Below, in pieces: positions 36,960 through 49,700 of a DNA stretch of 64,000 nucleotides; the first letter of the stretch is position 1; every line of letters begins with the position of its first letter. The position numbers and the translations under genes are program-made. The DNA lies in assembly GCF_964355755.1 (NCBI RefSeq), contig NC_092676.1, positions 10,641,888 through 10,705,887 on the forward strand, written 5' to 3'. Source of the DNA: Antedon mediterranea (lineage: Eukaryota; Animalia; Echinodermata). The notes beneath the pieces were generated by a model. It made no database searches. It saw nothing but the letters and a program-made list of their open reading frames with translations, and had not been told where the DNA came from.

Positions 36960-39900
36960 TAAATTCTAAGTGGTCCAACGGGTATTGGGGTAAGTGGTCC
37001 AACCATACCACATATGTCTTTGGTTTTAACTTTACATTAAAACACTCTAAAACAGTTTTATTGTGTCATATGCAATTATGAATATGATCTCTTTGTTTGT
37101 TTTATGTATTAATTTTAATTATTTCTATATATATTTCAGTATAGTTAGAACATACAGGTGCAAAACGGGGCGTCCAAAATAAATGGGACATGCAGTCAAT
37201 TGTGAATGCAGTCGAGGCAGTAAAGAATGGGGAAATGAGTTGTTGTGAAGCAGCAAAGCACTACGGTGTACCAAAACGTCGTTACTAAGAAGATGCAAAT
37301 GCAAAGTTCCAGTAAATAGTCCCGCATCCCGACCTACGATTTTATCTAAAGAAACTGAAGAAAGGTTATCTAATTGGTGTGAGGAACGAGAAAAAAGACT
37401 CTTTGGTGTTACCTCTGAACAACTATGTTCAAAGGCATATGAAATTTCCGCAAGAAGTGGAAAACCGCATCTTAACCAGAAAACCAGAAAAGCTGGGTAT
37501 GATCGACTGGTTACAGGTTTTATAAAGCGCCACACACGTCTTTCAGTTAGGAAGCCAGAAGCACTCTCTGCTCATCGTGCAAAATGTATGAACGAGGTAG
37601 CTGTTGGGCGCTATTTCAAGCTGTTAGGTGACATTCTAGAAGAAGAGGGTATAAAGAATAAACCGGCTCAAATTTGAAATTGCGACGAACCGGGAATAAA
37701 TTCAGTGCATCGGCCACCTAAAATAAAGGCAACAAAAGGAAAGAAGGAAGTTCATTCCAAGACAAGTGGTGAACGCGGCTTCAACACAACAGTTTTAATG
37801 TGCGCTAATGGTGCTGGGTCTTACATCCCACCTTTTGTAATTTACAAAGGTGCCCGACTGCAGCAGCCGTTAACACGATTCGCACCACCTGGAACACTGT
37901 TTGGTTGTTCGGCGTCTTCATTTGTAAATATTGAACTATTTCACCTATGGATGGATTTCTTTATAAAGACATTCCCCCGGTTCGACCAGTTTTATTATTG
38001 TTAGATGTCCATACATCTCATATAACATTATAGACCATACAACTTGCGAAGGACAATGAGGTTGAGATGTTATGCCTTCCGCCACACACAACCCATTGGT
38101 TGCAGCCCCTTGATAGGTCAGTTTTTGGGCCACTGAAAAAAACTGCATATTATGATAACGAGTTTACATCGTTTTTGGCCCGCAATCTTGGGAAAATTGT
38201 AACACGACATGACTTTTGCGAAATTTTTTCCAAAGCCTACTATCAAGCGGCAACAGTTGCAAATGCAGTAAATGGCTTTAGAGGTACTGGAGTTTTCCCA
38301 TTTAATCAAGGAACAGTTCCCGAGGGAGCGTATGCACCATCTAGAGCATGGGCGCTTGTAACAAATACAGCTATCGATACAGCTTCTGATACCGCTACTG
38401 ATACAGCTACTGATACAGCCACTGATACAGCTACTGATACAGCCACTGATACAGCTACTAATACAGCCACTAATACAGCCACTGATACAGCTTCTGATAC
38501 AGCCACCGATACAGCTACTGATATAGCTACTAATACAACCACTGATACAGCTACTGATATAGCTACTGATACAACTACTGATACAGCTACTGATACAGCC
38601 ACTGATACAGCTACTGATACAGCTACTGATATAGCTACTGATACAACTACTGATACAACTACTGATACAGCTACTGATACAGCTACTGATACAGCCACTG
38701 ATACAGCTACTGATACAGCTACTGATATAGCTACTGATATAACTACTGATACAACTACTGATACAGCTACTGATACAGCCACTGATACAGCTACTGATAC
38801 AGCTACTGATATAGCTACTGATACAACTACTGATACAGCTACTGATACAGCTACTGATACAGCCACTGATACAGCTACTCATACAGCCACTGATACAGCT
38901 ACTGATACAGCTACTGATATAGCTACTGATACAACTACTGATACAGCTTCTGATACAGCTACTGATACAGCTACTGATACAGCTACTGATACAGCTACTG
39001 ATATAGCTACTGATATAGCTACTGATACAACTACTGATATAGCTACTGATACAGCCACTGATACAGCTACTGATAGAGCCACTGATACAGCTACTGATAC
39101 AGCTACTGATATAGCTACTGATACAACTACTGATACAGCTTCTGATACAGCTACTGATACAGCTACTGATACAGCTACTGATATAGCTACTGATACAACT
39201 ACTGATATAGCTACTGATACAGCCACTGGTACAGCTACAGCTAGTGATACAGCTACTGATATAGCTACTGATACAACTACTGATACAGCTACTGATACAT
39301 CTACTGATACAGCTGCTACTGCAACTACACCTGCTGGCACCGCTATAATTGACCATCCCTCAACATCTGCTGACAGTACCAACTGTTTTTGTCACACCAA
39401 ATTAAAATGGTAAAAAAAAGACAAACTACAAAGTCACGAGTACTCACTGAGGATCAATTTATCGAAGAGTTAAGAGTAAAGAAAATACAGCAAGAAAGAG
39501 AAGCTATGGAAAAAGAAATGCGGAAAAAAAAAGAAAAGCAGAGGATAAAAAAAGACTAGTAGAGGAGAAACAAAAGCGAAAAGCAGAAAATGGCAAAAAG
39601 CGAAAGACAAATATACCTATCGCCAGTGAGTGAATATAGCGATGATGAGGACACCTACACATGCCATATTTTGACGATGTATGTAGTGCATGGTACCATG
39701 ATGAATGTACTTTATTAAGAGGACAGTACAGATGCATACATTTATTTGCACAAACTGTATAAATGAATATGGTTGTGATGATGATATCGAATGAACTTGC
39801 AATTGTCAAAATCCTATGAATAATACCGTGAAAAACTTTTGAATAAAGCTATGTATAAAAATGAAACATTGGAGTTTAAATATGTAATTATTTATTAAAT

Positions 39901-40113
39901 GTCATGTATAGTTCATAACTTGCTTTTGTAAATATGTTATGATAAATAAAAAACAATATTTTGTATTTTATATGTTGGTCCAGTGGCGGGGCAAGTGGTT
40001 CAGCAGAGCAGTCGTCACTAATTAATTCAAATTAATTAATTCCAAATAATTAATCACTGGCTGTATTTATTTTATGATAAGTCACTAATTGGACTAGTTA
40101 CCCCATCCTCCCC
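36960..40113 (+). mobile_element. Decayed pogo-superfamily DNA transposon (HTH_psq, CENP-B-type HTH, DDE_1, C-terminal PHD-like remnant)
   Basis: AVEAVKNGEMSCCEAAKHYGVP; GFIKRHTRLSVRKPE; NCDEPG; GSYIPPFVIYKG; LPPHTTHWLQPLDRSVFGPLK; VCSAWYHDEC; several stops and frameshifts. Candidate right end ccccatcctcccc|TA at 40113; left TIR not found. Confidence 0.85.
38362..39320 (+). repeat. 12-bp minisatellite (ACTGATACAGCT)n, about 79 units, in frame in the transposase
   Basis: Encodes (TDTA)n with TDIA and TDTT variants in ORF 38067-39413. Confidence 0.97.
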
Positions 40114-41057
40114 TACAAACTAAAAGCAATACTGTATAAAATGCATGATACAGAGGAAGCGTCTTGTTTGTATGTATTCCAGTTTGTAAATGGCCGATTA
40201 ATGAAAACAACAAATTAAACACCAAACTGGACATAGCAATGAAAGGAAAAAACATCATTGAAAAGCAAGTTGATATTATTTGTAGGGTTTCTTCAGGAAA
40301 TGTAAAACAAAATACACACCATTTTAGTTTTTATAAGCACAATTAATTTTTTTTTTCGTCGAAAGTGAATAACTATAACTATATAACTGCAAAATGGTCT
40401 ATTCAAAATTTGATTTCATTTAAACTTCTTAAATACATCATATAAATATATGTAGTGTCATGCCACATTTAGCTAAACAATACAAAATAATGCAGCAAGA
40501 ATTTAAAATGGCACGTGCCCGGCCAGTAAATTTGCTAAAAACTGCCAATGTCTTTGAGCAAAAAAACTCAATTTGAAAATTTACTATTAAAAAAAAAAGT
40601 ACGAGAGAGAGAGTACGGCAACTTATTTAAACAATTTTGTAAAACCAAATACTTTTCAGTACAACTTTCGTCATGGAAACTCAAATCTGTACGTTCCAAA
40701 ACCGCATACCGAATACAAAAGAGGTAGCATATCCTTCTAAGGGCCAAAATTACTAATTAGATGAAAAAATATGAAATTAATCTAGATATGCCAATATGTC
40801 AATTTAAAAGGAACGTAAAGGCTCTCGTAAAATTACATAATTTATAAGCATAGTCACCTGAATCATAATTAAAATGCAATATATTTATTTTTTTTAAACA
40901 TATTATTATATCCAAATCTTATTAAGACATTTTACAAATATTTTAAGTCGGTATTTTGATTTGTATCAATTTTACTTTTATTGGTGTCTACAAATTATAA
41001 TTTGTTGTTTTTTTTGTTTTACTTGGATTTGTTATTTTTCATGTCGAGTATAAATAA

Positions 41058-41458
41058 CACCATTTGTTATTGAGAAATTTTTATTACTTGTAGGCCTACA
41101 ACTGGAGATGCAAAGTATACAAACTAAAAGCAATACTGTATAAAATGATAAACAGATAAAGCGAATGCGCCAGATGGCATACATAGACAATGGTCAACTC
41201 CTGCTGTCACTCTGTATTAGATGGTCTATGAATGTATTGTATCACCAAAGGATCAACATTTTTCTCTGCAATCATATCGTTGTGTAGAAACATCAGAGTC
41301 TGGAGTATATATTATATATATATGCAGATCTACCGCCATTTATTATAATGATGGTCCGAGTGACTTGACAATTGTTGACGTTGAAAATCGTCGTCAATCT
41401 TAAAATAATGTAACGAAAGGATGAGTTTTTTTAGGAATGAAATCCAAACAACAGTACC
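41058..41458 (-). repeat. Diverged duplicate of the SLC22 5' exon/promoter segment (33125-33552)
   Basis: Shared blocks aactggagatg.aaagtata, aaggatcaacatttttctctgcaatcatatcgttgtgtagaaacat, ttgttgacgttgaaaatc, ttaggaatgaaatc.aaacaacagtac. The splice donor is deleted. A third short copy lies at 40114-40161. Confidence 0.85.
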
Positions 41459-41989
41459 TGTATAATTATAGATAAAAAATTGTAATTTGAAATTTTAATA
41501 ATTATCTATAATACAGTATTTTAGAGTGTTTTTAAACATTTTATTTTTATATACCAGTATTTGGAAATTGCGAACAATAACGTATACTTTGGTTTTGATT
41601 TTAAAATAGCCTTGCCTATTCATTTGTTTTATTATTGATTGAAAGAAAGAAAATAAATGTTTACGTTGAATTGAATTGAATAATAATAATATACACAGTC
41701 TTTTCACTTCAGACAATAATTTGTCAAATTTAATAGTAAATTTGAAAGACCACTTATAGAATCACTGGTTACGATGCTTTATATTGTATTCATATGTGTA
41801 TTTTGTATGTTCAATTCAACCAATCAATTTTTACCATGTTATTGTTAAACGACAATTATCGTATAGTATCGTATTATAATATTAGGCCTATAGCTACAGT
41901 AGTGTAATTTGAATATTTTATGAGCGTCCAACAAGGAAATAATGTCGTTGTGCAGCAGCAGATATTGAACGTCAATTGGCTAAAATTTA

Positions 41990-42108
41990 TGTACGCGTGC
42001 GCTCTCTGTTGTTAGGTACCCAGATGATTCACATGGCAACTTGGCTGGCCAGCTAGGCAACCGACTTCACAACAAAAACAATTGCGATTTAGTATACTTA
42101 TAATATTA
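41990..42108 (+). promoter_or_regulatory. Putative TSS region and non-coding exon 1 of the coiled-coil gene
   Basis: Locally GC/CpG-richer stretch (cgcgtgcgc, catggcaac) ending at donor |GTAAGT (42109); the next strong acceptor is at 43675. Confidence 0.5.
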
Positions 42109-42282
42109 GTAAGTTGAGTATTTTTTTTCTCCCGCTTTATTTGTGATTTTTTCTTCGAATATTTAACTTGAATTGCATTTAAAACTTATAATATAATATG
42201 TTGGCATTTGGGATTTATATTACCATTTAACCATACTGTATTTTTTTTAATTCACACACAAAAACGAATCTTAAAATATGTG

Positions 42283-43329
42283 TCTAGGCTAGGCCTATCT
42301 AGCCTAGTAGGCTAGTAGAGTAAGTACTCCTAGCCTTAGTTAGTAGGCCTAGGCTAGGACTAAGGCCTACTAGAGGCTTAGGCTAGAATGACAATGTGTT
42401 TTATGTCTGTCTGGCTCGTGGTAGACGGGCGGGCTACAAAAGCAACATATTATTCTCTGTATCTTATTATTAGGTAAAAGTTAAGGCCTCTAGGCCTAGC
42501 TAGGCCTAGGTAGGCCTAGGCTACCTATTAGGCATGGGAAGGCCTAGCCTAGGTAGGCCTAGGCTAGTAGTAGTAGGCCTACTAGGCTACTACTACTAGC
42601 CTAGTAGGCTAGGCCTAGTATTAGCAATAGGCTAGGCCTAGCTGGGCTAGGATAGGCCCCTATGTTAGTTTGGGCCTAGCTAGCCTAGGCCCTAGGCTAG
42701 CTAGGCTTATCTAGCCCCAAGTATAATAAATAGAAAGTGGCCTAGGGCCTAAATAAGTAGAGCATAGGATATAGGGGTAGGCCTAGGGCCCCTAGTTAGG
42801 CAGCCCTAGCTAGATGGTCAGGGCAGGTTTAAAAATAGATATGGCCTAGCTAGGCCCCCACAAAGGCTAGCCTATAGGCCTAGTTATAATACTACTAGCC
42901 TATAGGCTAGACCCCTAGGCCTATTAGTGTCTTATTAGGCCTAGTTAGTTTAGGCCTAACCCAGGCCTAGGCTATACAGGACCTAGCTAGGCCCTATAGC
43001 TAGCTAGTCTTTCTTGTAGCCCTAGTTAGAGGCCTAGTCAGCTTAGCCTAGGCCTAGGCCTTATTTCTACTACTCTAAAGCATATATTATAGGACCTAGG
43101 CCTAGTCTGGCTAGCCTAGCTAGGCCTCTTAGTAGGCTATCTAGTAGGTCATCATAAAAAGACCTACTTACTATTAGGCCTAGGCCTTAGGACTATCTAG
43201 GCTAGCCCTACCCATCTAGCTAGTAGAGGCCTATTAGGCTGCACCTATAATAAATTAGACTGACCTACAGTACTACTCTTTAGGTCTATGCCCTAGCTAG
43301 TAGAGGCCTCGTAGTAGGCCTAGGCCTAG
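42283..43329. repeat. Aperiodic TAGGCCTA/TAGCCTA/TAGGCTA/CTAG mosaic tract
   Basis: About 1 kb made largely of overlapping TA-bounded short motifs with no fixed period, in the putative first intron. Confidence 0.9.
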
Positions 43330-43722
43330 TCTTCAATTTCAAAAGACATTTATTTTCCTCCATAGCAATACAATACAAAATAAAAAAACAGAAATTATAA
43401 GGTTTTAGTAAAAATGATAAAGATGATTGTTGGATATACAAAAAAAAGAGAATTTAGAAAATTGGCCATAGAGGAAGGCATAATCCTGAGAAGATGCCTA
43501 TTTTAGTCCTAGAAATCATAACCCTTCCTGTAAATAAAAATAATTTAGGCCTAAAAAAACTCTTCCCTAGTCGTAGGGAGTGACTATATTAATATTTATT
43601 ATTATTGGTCTCTAGTCTTACTGCCGCCAAACTCTTGTCTTCTCAAATAATCATTAATCTTCTTTTCAATTTCAGATTTAGACTTTACTTATATTGTACT
43701 TTAATTATCTGGCTTCTATTCG

Positions 43723-46700
43723 ATGATGACTTCATCTAGGCTTAATGCCGAGTGTAAGTTATTTATTTTTATTAATACTGAAATAAGAGTAATGCTTTAA
43801 TGTTTTAACAACTGATTAATGATGAACACAATTTATTAAAGCAAAAATATTTTAGGCCTATTATTATAAGACAATATTTCTTTTAATTGAAGTAAATAAA
43901 AAAAAACATGATCAGATCGTTATTAATTTTATGTGAAAACTGCAAAAATAAATGTATTGATTGACAGATGTGACATCACATTATGATGATGATGATCAAA
44001 AAAGCATCAATGATAGCTCGCTATCTGATGCAATTGCTGATATTCTCGATTTCTATGATGATGAGGCAGAAAAGATACCAGCAAACAACTCCTTCAAGAA
44101 GTCTTTAACATCAGGACAATTGAAGGAACCTGATATTGATGTCAAATATCCAATCTCTCCGAACACTGACATTACTGACGAAGTCGAAGAAACATCTTAT
44201 TCGGATGATGCTTCGGAAAATGGAGATGGAACCCCACCCATGCCAGGTTTGTTTTGGAAATATAGTAAATTATAGATAAGCTGCTTCTTTGATAACACAT
44301 TTCTTTATTTTCTAATACATAATCTTATCTTTATTAAAGTTTAACAATAATTAATTATATTTTAAAGGTGTAAAACTCTAACTTTAACTAACAGCAGATA
44401 TTTCACTTTTTAGATATATATCTGAGCAGTGAATCTCTAAGTTTGAAAATGCCATTTGAAAGGTATTCAGGAATATCATATATCATCACTATCATCATCA
44501 TCAACAATAATTATCACTTTCTTCACAATTAACAGTTTATAAAACCATTGTCACCATTATTACTAATTGTTTAATCAACTTGTACACAGTAAAAATGTAA
44601 TGGTATCAATACAACATGAATGTATTACATATATAATAACAGATATTTATCAGTATTAAATGGTATATTTAGATGATAATATGATGACATTCTTCTTATT
44701 ATAATATGATGGCAGTAATAACAGTGCACGCAGTGATGGGTACCATTACAATGATGACTTTGAGGATTTTGATGACTCTGCCAGCACTGCAACTGATTAC
44801 AACATCCCATCAATATGTAGTTCTGCCTGTCCCAGCACCCATGACTTTTCAATTGATGATGATGATGACCTTCTTGCCATGGGGTTAGTATATTCAAATA
44901 ATTTCATTTGGATCCTAATATTCTAGGAGAGAATTTTTCTTTTTTGTTGATCCAATAGATTGAAAAGGAATAAAAATGGTACTTACAATACATAAATAAA
45001 AAAATAAATAAATAAAAGTAATGTTTTTTTCACATTTCTATTTAACACCATTAATTTTTCCTGCAATTGGATTCCATAAAAAACGACTTATTTCTAATTG
45101 TCAGACATGTGGATTATTGGGAAGATGTTACTTGCAACCATGTAGCCCAGCCTGCTGCTGAGTTTAATTCTGCTACCCATGTCATCAAAGACCAAACAGC
45201 AACTGAGGCTATTAATGATGTTGACAACTACACACCAGATGATGTTGTTTCTAAAGCCATTGATACTCCAGTAACTGAAGATATTTCAGTTGCCGATGAC
45301 AATCAGTTGGGGTTAGTTGAAATAAATTGAAAATCAAAAACAATACAATGTGTCAAAATAAACATTGTTTGAAAGTTGATATAAAGCTTATTATTTTTTT
45401 AAGGAATGCTAATTATTTAGAAGATGATTTTCTCATTCAATATTTTGAATACAAGACTTATTTTTTATTTTCAGACATGCTGATTATTGGGAAGGTGTCC
45501 AGCCTGCTTACAATGCTACTACCCATACCATCAAGGACAAAGCAACAACAGAGGCTGCTAAAGACAACCACACACCAGATGTTGTTTCTTATTCCCTTGA
45601 CACTCCAGTGACTGAAGATATTTCAGTTGCCGATGACAATCAGTTGGGGTTAGTTGAAACAAATTGAAATTGAAAAAAACAATACAAAAAAAGCACAGAA
45701 TAGGAACATTGCCTAATTATAATACATTTGTCAAAATAAAGATTGTTTAAAAGTTGATATAAAGCTTATTATTTTATAGGAATGCTAACTATTTAGAAGA
45801 TGATTTTCACTTCAATTTTCAGACATGCTGATTATTGGGAAGATGTCCAGCCTGCTTACAATGCTGCTACCCATGCCATCAAGGACCAAACAGCAACTAA
45901 AGACAACCAAACACCAGATGTTGTTTCTAATTCCCTTGACACTCCAGTGACTGAAGATATTTCAATTGCTGATGAAATTCTGTTGGGGTTAGTTAAAAAA
46001 TAAAACAGAACAAGCAATGATGCATATTTTGAAATAGGTTTCTGTTGCTGAACAATATTGTTGTAATAATGCTCATTATTCCTTGTTTTACAGGAATGCT
46101 GATTATCTAGAGGATGTTGTTGTTTTCTTCAATGATAAATCCTCATTTGTCTTACCAACTGATGCAGGTCAAAATGCCGTACAGGGTAATGGTGACACAC
46201 CAACATCAGCCTCTGAGACCAGTATCGGTGATCAAATAATAGTATACACTGCTAATGAAGATGAAAATAAGTTTTCAGTTCCAAATAATGTTGATTGTCA
46301 ACAAAAAGTAATTGTTCCAGAAGACAAGATCTTTATTGAAAATTTTGCTGATGAACCCTCAATGAAAAGTTCTCTAGAAACGTTTGTGAATGAAGAGATT
46401 CTTATTGATGACATTGACCACAATGAGCTGACACCAACTACTAGCTCATTAAACATCGCTAAATATAAATCAACATCAATATCTGAGACCAGTTCCATTT
46501 CTGAGGAAATTGTATCTGAAGCCAGTGATAATGAATATTTATCCATTAATGTCAGCCATTCAGAGGAAGTATGTCTGTAAGTAAAACAACCATAAAAGTC
46601 TGAGAACTTTTAGATCTTACATTCTTTCACAAAACATTCAATAACACAGAAAGGTATTATAATTGAAACTCATTTTATTTTCTAGAAAGAGCACTTCATC

Positions 46701-49700
46701 TAACAGATTGATTGAAATTCAACCTGAAACTGTCATGTAAGTATAAATAAGTGCACTTTTTAGAAATATTATTCACTTTCGTGGCATCACTACCAATGCA
46801 TGTAACTATTTATCCTTCTAACATAATTATGTTTGTATTTATATCTAATTATGTTATTTTGTACCTCACCGAAAAAATGTTAATACTTATATTTTTGTAT
46901 GGTAGCAGTTTATCATTAAAAATAATAATTAACCAATGTATTTATTCTATTATCTTCAGCATTAAGACTGATACAATCACATTGGACGATGACCAACTTC
47001 TTGCAAATGAAGAACATAGCATAACACCCACATCTGTTTTGTATGTAATATTGTTACTACTCTGAAAATGTTAGGTTATCTGGAAATTTTTGTGAAGGAA
47101 TGTATGCTTTTTCCTTTTCTATTAATCTAACTGTAATCTTTTTACAGAGATGATGACACCTGCCCATTCTCATCACCATTGAGGTTTGTTTGCAATTACC
47201 ATATATTACATTTGCATATAATATATATGTACATATTATGTACTTATCATTGTTAACTGGCTTAATACTGGATTTATAAACATTATTTTAATTACATAGA
47301 CTTGTTTTTCAGTGTTGAATCATATATTCAGGATGATATTGATACACTTATCACAAACAAGACTGATCATGTGGCAGCTGCCATCAAACAAGTTGTATCA
47401 CAGATCTTTGATGACGAAGACCATCTTAGTTCATCATCACTAAAGTTCAATTCTACTTCAGATGATGAAAATCTCTTTGAGGTATACTTTTTAAATGTTT
47501 AAACTTTTTTAAACAAACATTTTATTGTAAAAAGTGATATTTAATTTATCATTCATTATCAATTGATTAGTGAAGTAACTTAATTCCTTGCGTTCAACAA
47601 TCAAATAAATTGTAATTGGTGTTGGTGGTTAAAATACTTGCCTTCAAATCCCAAGTTTCACGGAGTGACTCAAGATTCTTTTAACTGAACTTCCTAAGCC
47701 TCAATGAGTTTATAAGCATGATAGATTACAAAATAGTTTATCCTGTGTAATTGTTGAGATGGTCGCTGTTGCATTTTTGTAAAATAAAAAATAAATAAAA
47801 AACCTAGTAGGAATCATATTGTAATTGTTTTGTAGGTATTATCAGCTCACTAAGTACCTATTATCAAAATAAATTAAGTTACAATGAATAATTTCTATTT
47901 ATTACGATCTTAAAATCATTGAAATATGAAAATATAAAATATTAATTTGTATTGATTTATTATAATAATGTAATTGACAGCCTCAACGAAGAAGAAAAAC
48001 ACCATATTAGGTAGGATCCTGTCATAAAATTCATGTCAAACTCATTTAGTTGTGTGCTGTTTTAAAACGTTGTTGTTCTTTATTTCACTATTGAATGTTC
48101 TAAGAATATTTTTAAAGGCTATTTTACCGAGTCTCAACGGCATAAAAAAAAACCTTGGTAGTAATAGATTTAAACTTAAAATACAACATCAGTCAGTCTT
48201 GTTAATTTTAATGTATTATAGTTTGCCTTTTGTGTTCTCACTTAAACTACTAAAGAGCAATACTATTTTTAGCACTAACATGTTGCCTTACTGACCATAA
48301 TTACATTGTTTAGGCCACTTTGCCTACTACTGATTTTTCTGTTGAATTGTTATTTGTGTTAATATGGTTTGTCATTGTACTTTGTGTAATACTTTTTATT
48401 GTTTTAATTTAAAACTGGATGTTTGTGTATGTAATGTAATGTATTTTGTAAATTTTAAAAAATGTTGCTGCTGTAATAAAAAAACAAAGATAAAGATGAC
48501 GCAATGACTCTGAATGCTTATGAAATGAGCACCATGCAATGATTGACTATGATGACAAAGATAAAACTGATAATGTTGACAAATTAATACATTATAACTG
48601 TATAATGTTAATACCATGTTAATGCATTTATCAACTTATATAATATCAGAATATTAAAGAATGAAACATTATGAAATAAAAGTTTAGAAATATTTTGTCA
48701 ACATTGACTTGTAAAGAAATCTATAGCCTAACTGACGGTAGAATGGAGTAGTAGAAATTCTAGATGACTTTATTATTTTTATTAACTAATTAATTTTTAT
48801 TTAATCTTTTAAACAGGATACTGTTTCAATCCAGGACGATCGATCCTACCTACAAAATCAAATACAAGACTTGACCACTGAATGTGAACATCTGCTTAAA
48901 GACAACGAAAGCTTCAGCAAGGAAATCAAAGCTTTGCGATCTAAGTTCCACCAGTTAATATTGGAGAAAGAAAAAATCACACAAGATTGCAATGATGATT
49001 TATTTGATTATTCTGAAGCAGTGAAAGAAAAAGAAGAAATAATTGAAGAACTGAATAAGGATGTACAGTGGTATACAGATGAATCCAATGCCTATAAGGA
49101 AAAGAATGATAAATTGCAAGCTGAAATACAACAGTTAAAAAAGTAAACAACTATTTATAGTTACCTTTTGTTACCATGTTGTAGAAAAACGATATTCATT
49201 CTGTACAATGTATGTTCACTTTGACCTAATTATAGTTTATTTTTCCTATGACTTATCTGGTAGTATATAGTCAATTAGTTGATTTTTTTTATAATTTTAG
49301 TAATATTTGTTTTTAAGTACTTCAGACAAACAGAAAATAACAGAAGAAAAGCTTTGTGAAGATAAAACTTTACTCAATACCAAAGCTAAGGTGTTAGAAA
49401 GGTGAAGTATTTATATTGTAATCTTATTGTTGTTTGGAATACTTAATGCCTAATAATTTACCAGAATTAAATAAAATAATGATTATCAATCACTCAATTT
49501 TTTTTTTCATTTTGTATTAGCGATATTGATGAAAAGAAAATTATAGTACAGAGACTTTGTGAAGACAACAATTTCCTGAAAGATAAAGCAGAGTTGTTGC
49601 AAAGGTAAGATTTAAAAATTAGTATTAAACAAGATGACCCATATATTCATTAACATAATTAATACATAAAAAATTACAAGATTTTGTGATAATAGTAACT

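Noticed and set aside
38118-39382. Long minus-strand ORFs (SCIS)n and (VSVA)n as real proteins
   Set aside because: They follow automatically from a stop-free 12-bp repeat.
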